Shown piece by piece: positions 1 through 12,300 of a stretch of 64,000 bases of DNA. A program made the position numbers and the translations under genes. Origin of the DNA: Phoronis australis (Eukaryota; Animalia; Phoronida); assembly GCA_002633005.1 (NCBI GenBank), contig NMRA01000278.1:174048-238047 (forward strand), in the 5' to 3' direction. Position 1 is the first letter of the stretch. Each line of letters starts with the position of its first letter. The notes beneath the pieces are model-generated. The model was not told the origin of the DNA, did not search any database, and saw nothing but the letters and a program-made list of their open reading frames with translations.

Positions 1-3000
1 GTAGCCCCATCACGAACCCCATTTAGTGCCAAAAGAAAAACTTGAGATGGCGCTTGCACTAATCGAAGTCTATGACATCATCGTTACAACGAGTTTGGCT
101 TTCACCGTGTCTCCACAGTTTGTAGTGGAATCAGAGATGACTGGCCATTTAATTTAGTGCAATTGTACGTCGAAAATCAAGGAAACGCATTAATTTTTCA
201 TTTTATGTGAGTTAATATTAAAATTAATCAAAATCACTACCTTTAGAAGTTTTATTCAATTATTTAGCAAACATTCTAATACGGACCCGTATGTGAATCC
301 CCGGGAGTGTGACTGGGACCGTCGAAACAGCCGGAAAAACAAAACGCTTCGTCTGAATTGTCATCAGAAATTTCACAATGTTTATTATAAAGTGTAATTT
401 GCTTGTTCCAAAACTTTGATGTTAGGAAATTTGCACTCATGTCCTTTTGAAGCCGAAGGCCGGTGTGAACGCTGCGCGATTCCAATACGGGCGGCTGTCG
501 AGTGTGTGTCCCGTATTGATAAAGACGACAATAGGCCGTTTAATTTGGTGCAAAATACTTGGAAACGTTACAACACATATCAGCTTGATTTTTGCGTACA
601 ACGCAATTATATTCAAATTCATTGAAAATTTTATATTAGAAACTCAGTTTACAAACTAAGTCGCCTTGAAATGCTGCAACCCGTGATCGGTGGGGAAGTT
701 GTGCAAATGTATCCCATTGCCGCTGACATTGCTACACCCGCACACCACGCAACGAGGCATTTTAGCTCAGAGACCGACAAGTACAGAACGTCCAAGAAAT
801 GGCACTCAGCTCTTACGCAGTGTGGCTCCCCAGTAATTTCATGGCCACAATGATGTCATATGAACCTCCTTACACTGAGTGGTTGAGATTTTTTCTGGGG
901 CGCTCGAAGGGGCTACGAATTATGAGTGGTGTAATTTGTGTAGAAATTAATTACTTTCCGTGGTATGTAAGAAGCAAAAACAATTTTTTTGTGAACAATA
1001 CATATATTTCTGGTGTCAAAAAGGGTGTTTTAGCCGCTGGATGCTGTCTTTACATAGGCTGCCGCAAAAAATAAAAAAGCAAGAGCGTAAGGAAATGTTG
1101 AGTTTATTAATTAACCCGGCCGGTAATTAACATTATACGGCGGAAACAAGATTTAAATGTGTGCAGTTTTAATGTGTTTGANCCGCGGTATCCCAGGCGA
1201 CCGGCAGTGGCGCTGCGCACTACGACTCCGTTTCCGTCGTCTGCTTCACTGTGAAATGAAGAAAATTACTTCATTTTTTTAAAGAAAATGGATTCTGAGT
1301 GACGATGAAAAAACAGAAGCTGCTGGTAAGATGTCAATTTTATTCGAAGCCTTAGTGAATCACTCAGAAACTCATAATTCTCTCTTTGTCACACCTTATC
1401 TTAAGACGATTTCCAAAGCAATCGCGTCATTAATGCCAACAGAAAAAACGGATTTGGTCTTTTGGGCAATTGAAAACTATTTTAAATACAACAAATTTGT
1501 TACGAACTGATTGCACAAATATAAAAAGTGTAATAAGCATTACAAAAAGGAGTAGGTTTCGCGCGCAAACGCTGTGGACCATAAACAACTAGATCTCTTA
1601 TTATCAAGCACGTGAGTGAAGTCGTCAGTGGTGCATTGGTAAAGCACGCGCGCACTAAACATCAGATCGTGAGTTCGAGTCTGTGACCGTTGCCGTTTTT
1701 TTTTTCTTCTTTTTCTTTGCCTTTTTTCTTGCATAATACTTCAGGAATCAAGGAAAATGCTTGATTTTTAGAGGAAAAACAGAAAAATTTTCCTGGGCGG
1801 AGCCCCCTCCCTACCTCCCCCCATTCGGTGCTATGCGCATCTAATCGTGCTTTGCACAAATGTTTTCAGACCAAGTGTTGCCCCCCCCTTGTGATATCCT
1901 AGATCCGCCACTGCTTTAGTCATATCTCTTGGTCAGTTGTTTCATCAGTTTCTTGTTGAGTGTCTTTGTTCCGAGGGATATGAACGAAACGGAATAAAGA
2001 CTGTTAACACCGACAGGTGTTGTGTATTTAATCAATTTTGCATATCGGAAACTTGCGCCTAAAGTGCACCCAATTTAATAAAATACAGAATTTGGATACA
2101 GTTCAATGGGATAAATAAATCTCACCACCTGCTGTCGAAGCGCGCATGCGCAGACGACCTACAGGAGACTAAGGAGGCACTGAACAGTTCTCATAGGGAT
2201 TTGGCTATCAGAACACACGTCAATGGACTCTTCACCCTTTCTTCACTCTGTCAAAAACTGCATGCAAATAAAGAAAAGTTTTGAGTCATTTCACATCACA
2301 AGCCCTACAGATGAGCACAGAAACTTTGTACTATCTTGTATTTTTGACCCTTTCACTCCCAGTGGAAACCAAGCTCAACTCAGAAAAATAAGGGCAAAAA
2401 ATGCAAAATCGGCACTTTTCACCCTAAAATCACCACTTCCCTGCCGATGCTCGACTGAAGCCACCATTAGATTGCGATGGCGTTTGCTTGAATATTTGAA
2501 TCTGTTCCGAGTGAACGATTGCCAGCTATTGGCCCCTTGACCTACTTTTTACTAAGTTGTGGCTTTTCTTAAACCTTTACTGCTTGCAAGCGGAAAGTTC
2601 AAACTTTGCAGGAAATTCAGGTTCCTCTCAGAATTTTTGGATTTGTAAGAAATCTGGCAGGTGGACACCATTTTTCACCTAATTTGGGAATCTGGAGAGT
2701 TTCGGCAGCCTTAATGCACTGTAGTCTCAGTTCTTAGTAGTTGCATGTAAATGGTGGCTTTGTGTTGAATACTGCTGATTTGGCGTATTTTGGTTCGTTT
2801 TTTCAAGTAGACGGCTATACACTTCCGGTAGTCGTAAAAGGTAGAAAATTGACTTTGGAATCAGTTTAGTAGACTTTGTGGAAGATTTGAAGTATTTAGC
2901 CCACTGTGTTCCTCAAAAATTCAAGTTTTGCACATCCTGTGGAACAGACTTGGAGCTGACTCGAACTGTTTTTAAGCCCAAAATCAGCCAAAACTGTTGA

Positions 3001-3199
3001 GTTATCTCGTGGCCACAGCCATTACTGTGACATGGATTGTAGTGACACCTAGCGGGCGTGGGCTCCGACGAAGTACTCGACGACGTAGACTTTACCGAGT
3101 GTTTTCTTTTGAACACATACCCGCTAGCTGTCGCTAGGGTCCATGAAACAACAATGTCTACAAGAAACCCCAATCTACTCGGTTAACGGACTCAGTGTT

Positions 3200-3860
3200 A
3201 AACATGGTGTCGGACAAAAACACGGCTCACGTACATGTACCTCTAAATAAAGTTCACTGACTCACATACACGGGATCGGACTCACAAAACACGATTCAAC
3301 CACCCAAAATACACGGTCACGGACTCAAAAACGCGACATACGGACCGCCTGAAACAGGGTTCACTTCGATAAAAGCATGTCGCGCACACGGTCACGAACT
3401 CATTGGCTTCCCGACTAAGTAGCGCAATTTATTGATTATTACTAGGCAGAAAGGGATTTGAAACAGGCGATCTTTTTACTGGAATTTGAACGGTCCAATT
3501 CGTTTTGAGAAGAATTCAGAAGATAACCGAAGTTTTTACACTAACTGTCAACATTGAGAACTGACGTTTAAGATTTTGGACGCCAATAAATTGTAAAACA
3601 AATAAGCAGTTTAAATAAAAAATTGTTTATTGTTTCTAATTCACACAATTACATCACATTACGTAAAAACGTGTGATCACAATTATGTTTTATTTCGCAC
3701 CCATTACATAGCTGTCGAAGCCGATTTCTACATTTTATTCGTAAACCGCGTTTGGCGGTCCGTGTGCCGTGTTTTGAAAGTCTGATCCTGTGTACATGTA
3801 CATGTGAACGGTGCTTGCAGGTACGTGAGTCGTGTTCTTGTGTCCGACACCGATTTCGCT
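3200..3860. mobile_element. Degenerate inverted-repeat element with cacggactca-type subrepeats
   Basis: aaaaacgcgacatacggaccgcc (~3327-3349) is mirrored by ggcggtccgtgtgccgtgtttt (~3754-3775); ends uncertain. Confidence 0.5.
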
Positions 3861-5432
3861 GAGAGATTTTTCCCCCTCTCTCTGCTATAGTTAACTTTGT
3901 GGACAAGGGACCACTCTTTCTAGTGACATGTCTTATGTCCTTCCCAATGAATCAGCAATTCTGAACTTTGACTTTCGCAAAATAGCCAAAAATTCGTCAT
4001 TTTCCTTCCTGATAATGTCTTCTTGCTTATATTGATAAAATAGTCAACACATGGATGCAACGCAAATTATTGTGATAAACTTTGTATCAAAAAAGAATTA
4101 ATGTGACTAAGCATCCAGTTCACACGCCTTGGATTTATTGAAAAATCACATTTAGCGTGTAAGAGTGCACGAAAGCCTGGCCACGGCTACAGGTTGAACA
4201 TGCTATGAGTTGAAATCAAGGAATGCGTAGGCGACACACGTTCAGCGGAAGACGCGACTATGAATAACATATTCAATTAAAATTCAAATTTAAGGAGATT
4301 TAAGTTTATTAACTGCTTTTTTCAATTTGAAGATTTGTATATGCAGATATAAACCGGGCACAAAAGCCACATACTTACGGAATAGAAAATTTGTAGTGCG
4401 AAAAATTATTACATTAATGTACGCATAATTAATTAGCATTTAGTTGAGCGTTCTTTTAATTCTCTGAAAGTGACCAAACTATTTCACCTCCGCTGACACT
4501 TTTTTTCAAATTGGTGGACCCCAATGTTCGACCAGAGACTTCGTTAAAGTGGAACTTGCACTCTAGTTCCGCATCTCTGTGATTGCTCGGTCAATTTAGT
4601 TAGAAACAGAATATGAGGTAGGTTGAAAATTGCCAAATGTTTTTAAGAACGAGTTTAGTGTCAAAAATAATCCTCCTTATTTCGTTCAACCGTATCTAGT
4701 ACGTGCAAGTATCATCATGGCGTGGTGTTGGGGAAGAACAGTGCATGATGCGGGCTAAGTGAGTCCCCAAGGTTAGTCATTAGTTCAAAGGTCACCTATT
4801 TGCAGATTTTTTGTTTCCACATTTACAAGTTGTCATTGAATACATCTGCACTTTGTTTAGCGTAGACGATGTTCAAATAACATTGTCATTTAGTTCCTGC
4901 TATAGAAGCATGCAAATTAATCTTTAAAACCTTTCACCGACGATCAAACCATTTCACAACCTAGTTCTAACTCAATTTCGTGAGAAAACTGTTCTCTTAC
5001 TCATGAGCGAAGCATTTGAAGAGGTCGTGCAATTTAGAGTAGGTCTAATTGCTCAGTTATCGGGTTGTGTTAATTAAAAATGAATACCACTTGTCCCCTG
5101 TATGACAGGGGACATAATGTGTTAACTACTTGTTCACGCTCAAGGAACATCCGCCAGGTGGCATGTCACGAGTGCTGTCTTGGGTACAGTTCAGTAGCTG
5201 TCTCGTAAAGACAAAAATGTAGCCAAAATCACTTCGTGCTGTCGTTGAAAATACACGTCAACATGTCCTGTAATCTTCTTAAGTCTTACCTTTTTAGCGA
5301 AATTCTGGTGTTACTGAACTCTATCCCAAGATGAACTGGGCAAAAAGATTTTGTTGCTAGCCTTTCTATTAAATTTTTCACAGCCCCAGAATTCGTTTTC
5401 CCATTATATCTAGGTTCTCATTCATTCCGTTG

Positions 5433-5512
5433 CATACATTCACAAGTAAGACCGAGCTCATACATTCACAAGTAAGACCGAGCTCATACCTTCACAAGTA
5501 AGACCGAGCTCA
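5433..5512. repeat. 26-bp tandem repeat x3
   Basis: catacattcacaagtaagaccgagct. Confidence 0.95.
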
Positions 5513-5589
5513 GTGGAGTGGAAGACACCATTGTACAATGCTCGATTGTCTGCCCGTAAGGCCAGGCGTGCGTTTAGTAACCTTGGGAT

Positions 5590-5768
5590 CTAGCTAAAAT
5601 CTAGATTGAGTCACGTGATCTCGCTTAAAATGCACGAAAATATGTCATGTAATCTCGCGAAGTCTTGCTTTTTAGCAAGGTCCTGGCGCTAGTAAAGGGG
5701 AAGCTGGATTCGAGCCGGGTCTCCCAAACGCGAGCCCCGAGGTCAAACCACTGAACCACATTGCTGCT
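5590..5768 (-). mobile_element. tRNA-derived SINE-like element (Pol III head and body)
   Basis: Minus strand A-box-like TGGTTCAGTGG and B-box-like GGCTCGAATCC; body tctcgcgaagtcttgctttttagc.aggtcct recurs at ~5270-5320, ~9680-9735 and ~31358-31420. Confidence 0.65.
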
Positions 5769-5856
5769 CCTAATGTTGAAATCTATCTGGTCAGGGTGGC
5801 ACTCAAACCAAATCCGATTGGTTGACTACACTCTGAATACATGTACATGTAGTATT

Positions 5857-6178
5857 CAGTAGCAGATTTAGGGGGTTGGCAGGGGATGCCAGGGGGCCAT
5901 TGCCCCCCTAAAATTCTCCCAGATTTCATTCATTGGCAGTTCGAGGTGCGAATATCTGACTGTCATATGCGCGCACCTAGGAGGGCTCGGGGGGCGGATG
6001 CACAATGCACATGGCCTGAAGCAAACCCCGTTTAACCGTTTTTTAGTAATAAGATCCACAAACCCAAAAGTTCAAGACCCCTTACATCTCTACATTTTAT
6101 GCTGGGTACCCGCATGTGGCGAAATTCTGGTTATTCCTGTGCCCTGCCCCTTAACTCAAAATCCTGAATCCGCCCCTG
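5857..6178. mobile_element. Short DNA-element family with CAG(T/G)GGCGGAT...ATCCGCCCCTG-like TIRs
   Basis: Related copies at 9073-9236 (inverted) and 51014-51151, plus an end at ~1880-1913. Confidence 0.65.
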
Positions 6179-6217
6179 GTATTGGTTTTTTAATACCTAT
6201 CTTTCCTTTAAAACTAG

Positions 6218-6378
6218 TACAATGCGAAGCTGATGAATGGTGGACACGAAATGACGCCCGATACCTGTATGTTGAGCGCAAGCTGAATTGGCACCAGGCC
6301 GTCTCTTACTGCCGTGAACGAGGAATGCAGCTGGTGACGCCCAGGGACAGAGAAGAGAATAAGTGGCTCCGCCAACAG
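6218..6378 (+). CDS. Gene A exon: C-type lectin domain part 1
   Basis: ctag| VQCEADEWW...[40 protein letters not shown] |gtaatt. Confidence 0.85.
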
Positions 6379-9300
6379 GTAATTCGAGAAACGACGAAGT
6401 TCACGCTAACACGTTTCATTAGGCCAAGTATAAGCATAGAACCGCGCCTCAAGTAAAAGTTAGCTTACGTCATTAACACCCGCAAACAGCCAGGCGCAAT
6501 TTTCATGTACCTGTAAACTACTTTGTGCATTTGAAGAATCCAGTCAATTAAAATTATTTGCAAGCATTGGGTCCTTGGCCGGAATGTAACACGTATTGGA
6601 AAAAGATCGCTGAACAATTCTTTGCTGACTGAAGTGACGAGCGAAACAGAGTTTAAAATGTTGATTTGATTTGAGCAGTGCGCTGAGATGTTTATATCAA
6701 TTTTGCGAATTTAAACTTATTCCGTTCACGCCAGCACAGTTCAAGAAAGCAGTCCTTAAACAGAGTAATTTGACTGATAGCTGATACCGGTATATAGAGA
6801 ATCCTACAAGAGTCTCAGGTTTATGACAAGGGCAAAACCTCGTGGAAATTTCGTCTAAATTTCGAGGCTTGCAGAGGGATTTTGATAAAATTTCCAAGAG
6901 GTTTTGCCCATGTCAGAAATCTGAGACGAGTGCGGGTTTATCTTCTCACATGGACCGTAAAAACGAACTTTTTGCCGAAAAACTCGGCGTGTCTAAAACT
7001 TTCAACCACATGACGTTACATTTGTAAATACACGTTGCGCAATGTTTAGTTATTCCGTGACTTTTTGTTTTTGATATTATTTTAAACATAACAGTGGTAT
7101 ATTGCATTCAGTTTACCAAATGTTCAAGTAAGAATCTATTAAATCAAAGACTAGTAATCTTTGAGGTTGTAAATGTTTATAAATAACAGTCACTAAGCGT
7201 TCCCCGCACGTGAGCACTGAACTGACCCTGAGACTGCACAGCTAGACAGTCTCACCGCGTTTCTTAAGTTGGGTTAGTCTACGTTTGAATGGACGTGGAT
7301 ATGGAATTAGCCTCCGAAGAGGGGTCTTTTTAAGCAGTTGTTTGCATATATGCCTTTGCGACTGGGAGTACGTACAGTTGGGACGCTCAACTTTGTAATC
7401 TTCACGGAATTCCGGCATTGTTTAGTTGGGGGGTGTTTGAATGTTTGTAGGCCATTAGTGTTCTGCAGACGATAAAATATAAGGCGTACGGATTTCTGCA
7501 CTACTTTGAGATTCGCCCATGCAATATAAAATTCAGTTTATTGATTTAGTGCCAAAAATAACCGCAATTTGCCAAAATGACATACAAATCACCTTTGACT
7601 CAAGCGATGCCTCGTGCAACGCAACTTTTCTCCAATAATTGGAATAGACACTAGCCTAAACCTCTACCTGCCCTTCCTCAATGCGTTACGTATTGAACTC
7701 ATGTCTCTGTTTTCACATTGGAAGTAAAAACAACGTAAATTCATCAAATTTACTCACCTTGCCTAGCTTCGCTTCTCGCAACAATTTCGGTCTCGATCGC
7801 CTTCCGGTCATTCTCGATCGCGGGTTGGCCATTTTCTGTACACTGCATAAGATTTTACACTTGAATTAAGGTATGGGCACGGATAGGGTCGTTCGACGAC
7901 GTGTGGATTGGAGTTAATGACATTGAGACTGAAGGAGAATACGTGGATACCGATGGAATACCTGTGACATTTAACGGTGAGTTCAGTTACATTATTTTGA
8001 GACTGCCTTCAACCGTTTTGTTGGTAGTTTAGATATTAAACGTTATTTTTAGTAATGTCAAGCATAATAAAACTACCTTTTGTTAAACAGATTTTGAAAA
8101 GATTCCTTAACATTTAATCGGTGCTCACATGAAGAACAATAATGTCCCAGTTAATCAATCAACACCAGGCTATTTGCACAAGTCCACGGTGAAACTAATC
8201 GCGCTATTTTTCAGTTTCATTAACTTGATTACCAGATATAAAACACATATCTTCGTGTCGCTGCTGCCTTGCTGTCACGTGACTTCAATGAACAGAATCT
8301 AGATTACATTTAAAATATATAAGAATTCCGAATTTTTGTTTATCGTCATAAAGGTAATGTCAAGCCTCACAGTATTGCGCATTGGTCATTTTATCATCTG
8401 GGTTATGTCCTTTCATACAATTTGTCCTGGCCAGTACTTTAGTTCAGTCATTCCTACATGTGTTTCAATACGTATGTCACAGCGGAATATCTCTCTCACT
8501 ATTCGAAATGTAAAATGCCAAACTTAGAGATGATCGTAAAACACAACTATTTTTGTTAAAAACAGGCAGTTTTCATAGGCTTATGCAATTAAGAAAACAG
8601 CTTAACGTATACGTGAAAACGTTTTAGCTTGTGGCTGGTGTGCTAACGGAGACTTACAAGACTGTCTCGTCCTTGACGTTTGGTGGTACTTCAATGAGGA
8701 GAAATCGTGGTACGACCGACCCTGTTCCAACAGATTCTCTTTTGTATGTAAGAGTGGTAGGTAGCACTTCACTAAGCTGTAACATTGTGATTAAAAGATT
8801 AGAATGCCACGAATCAAAAGAAATGTTCTTCCCAGCATTGTCTATTTATCTAAGATGCTTCCTGCTGTAAACACGTGACTGGTCATTAAACCTTGACATT
8901 TTGTGATGTACTCGAAATCTTACTTAAAATTATTTCTCGACATTTTCCGCACTGCTTTTGAAGAGAATCAAGCTAAAGTTCTATTACTCTGTAATAGAAA
9001 ACGTTATAGTTTATGCAGGTGACTCTCTAATCCTAAAGCACTTGACGACAAATCATTAAAGCTAAGAATTTCAAGGGGCAGATCCAGAATTTTGAGTTCA
9101 TGGGGGCCAGGGAAGAGTACTGGCCAGGATTTTGTCCGTCAGAAATTTGCACCCCCGAACTGCGAAATGGGATCTGGGAGAATTTTAGGGGGGGGGGGGG
9201 GCATGATTCCTTGGCCCCCTTCTAAGAACGCCACTGATTTCAAGTTTTCACTCAACTTTGTACCTCATATTTAACATCTTCAACTATGGTAAACGACAAG

Positions 9301-12300
9301 GAGTAGAAAAAAGTAGGACGCTAGTGCCAAAATACTTTCAATTCGATTTAGAATCCAAAAATGAGAACTCAAGCCCTGCTGGATTAAAATGGAAATTACT
9401 GACAACAAATCACAAACGCTGGGCAATATTCTATGTTCTGTTCTGTGGTTATGATGCACGCACGATATTTTTTCACACCAGCGCTTCTGCTTAAACACTG
9501 CAGGAACTTGAAATATCACGTTGCCTCTCAAACGTTGAAAGTGGTACTGAACCCGCGTAAAATCCAGCAAAATTACTTATCGTTGCAAAACTGGTAAGAG
9601 TTTAATGGCTGTCTCGTGGCTGGAAAATGGAGCAACAATCACGTGCTCTCGTTGAGAATACACTCCACCATCTCGCGTCGTGTGATCTTGCGCAGTCTTG
9701 CTTTTCTCGCGAGGTCCTAGCGTTATTGAGCTCTGCCTGGTCTCAGTTGAACGGTGATTAGGAAGCGAGTTCTTTCTTCAGACGACGTTTATAAATTTTC
9801 AGGTCACAGTTAAATCAATTTTGGTACAAAACACAGGTTGAATGCCGCCTAGAATTAAGGTCGGTTTTGGGTAACTTTGCAAGACATATTCTTCGCCAGC
9901 TCACAAGCCGGAAGGTTTAGTTCTACTGACAGATTACCTTCACCTCAGGTCTAAGGATGACTGTTTCTACCAAAACTCGCCATACTCGGGTACTGCCTAC
10001 AAGCTAAACTTCAAACAGTGCACTTGAACTCTTTGCACGTGCAGATGGTACTGCGGTTTAATCAACCGTTCTTTATATGCAAAACACAAACTAAGACTTG
10101 TCTTTTCGGCATCAATACTCCCGCATTTGAAAGAGCCCAACTCCTTTGCAATAATACATTGTTTAAACTGTATGCGTGGAAAATACTTTTCATTCAATGA
10201 ACAATTTAACCCATTTTTGGATTAGATTACTCTTGAAAATCAACATGTACATGATTTTCTATTTAACATTTTGGTGTTACTAGCCAAACAGTACATTTAC
10301 AATAGTCGGTGGGCCAGAATTTGTAGGGCCTCTAGAAAATGGTTTTTGTGAGTACTTTTGGGGGGCAATTTTATTTTGGTGTTTTTTAATTCATCAAGGA
10401 GAGGTGTACTGTTGTGTTTTTGTACTTGTATATCAACGATAATAAATATCTGAAAAATAAAAAAAAATCTTTGTACTCGATGGGACCAGATGCAACCTTA
10501 AACTTGGTGTGCTTCGACTGAAGGAATAACGATTTATTAGATCTTTGCCAGCGCAAACATCGCACGTATTTTGAATGCGCAACAATTTGACCTAGATTTC
10601 ATTAGGATCAATTGCCGTTAATCAAAGCGTTGTATTTGAAAGAAAACAGGGGTTTAATGATGCATTTACTGTGAAATGGGCGCTCTCATTGACAACAGTC
10701 AAGATGCGCTTACTTCACTGACGTTGATTTACGGCAAAAAGCTTGACAAACAAACCTTGCTTGGTTGGAGCATCGTGGAACAGTGCTGCCCCTGTTGGGA
10801 CAGGAACCATTGTCGCTGGAAAAGTACGCGACGACCTTCTTATACCCAATTTTTCATCACTTTCAGAAGTTACTTTAAGTACCAAACTGCTGCCAAGGAA
10901 TAAATAATTACAAGGATTGTGTACTCTTACTTTTTCGTATTTGGTGGCTTAAAGATATGAAACAATGATTTGAAGTTCAAAAGCGTCGTCTCGACCGGTA
11001 TCCACGCAGACGAAAATAGCTTCTACACGATAGGCCTACATTTGTAGTTTAGAGAGCGATTGAATCTGCCAAATATGAGAGCCATCAGAAAACGATTCGA
11101 TCGCTTGGAGATGAGATTAGGACAAAATCCTGAGCACTGGGAAGATTACAAAATCTTGATGGGCGACATCTTGAAATATGTCGATGTAGATCCTGCGCGA
11201 GATCGCGCCAGTTACATACCTCAGGGTATCTACTTCCCCAAAACAGCGGAAATACGAGAACCAATGGAAGCATTTTTGTGCGTTTAGGTGCACACGTCAA
11301 CCCAGAATTGTTTTTGGAACCCTGGTAATCACCGTGACAGCACGCAGAACATAATTCTTCTTTTAAAAGCATTAATAGTATGGAATTTTTACTAGAGAAA
11401 TCGTGCGACAGAAGACTCGTCAGACCACTTTGCCAAACGATGCGTCATATCACGAACACCTAGTGGCTGAACAACCATGTTTTATGTTTTTGAGAAAATA
11501 ATTGCTCAGACACTACCTAACTGAGAAAAATGTAATTAATTCTATTAAAAAATATACTTTTGTCCAGAAAACGACACCTATCACTTTGCTTTATGGCTTA
11601 CAATAATGCCATAATTTTGGTTTGAAAATGATAACTTCAACGCACGCTTCCGGAAAGTCTCGCCTACGTGTCCTTGATACCGTAGATGTGGAGAAGGCGT
11701 AGTAAACAATTATACCTTTTCGAGAATGGAAAAGTTATCCCGGGGTTTCTGAATGTCTTACTGGTAACATGCATAAAGTACCCGCGACATGTTATTTATG
11801 GGATAAAAGTCAATTTAATGGACGTTATGCATTGTTACAGCGTACAAATGCATATATAACCCGTGCCATCCAAACGCCAGATGCTACAATCATACAGGAA
11901 TTCACCAATGCATTTGCAAGACAGGATATTCTGGAAATGGCACTTATTGTGAAGGTAAAGTCACAAGAAAACTATCCAAATTAGACGTGAAGGCCCTTTG
12001 GAATATATTTCTTCAGTTACACTTTAAAGCTGCATTTCACCCTGTTCAGTTGCCTAAAAACAAAACACAAATTCGAAACTTTTCTCGCCACCGTGGGTGA
12101 AGATGGTTTACATGCTAAGAATGCGGTCATCTAATTGCCACTGCAATAATAATCGAACCCTTACCACAAGCCAAAGAACACTCATTACGATCGAATCACT
12201 TGTTACGGGAGTAGAAACATTACCGCTCTTCACACTGACATGAACACGCGGAACACGTGTAGTATACGGTGTTTAGTGCAAGAACTCGGGTCTGTTTCAT

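Noticed and set aside
1305-1330. ATG..MKKQKLL|gtaag as the first exon of gene A
   Set aside because: It is phase 0 while exon 6218 needs phase 1, and it is too short for a signal peptide; the true first exon remains unlocated.
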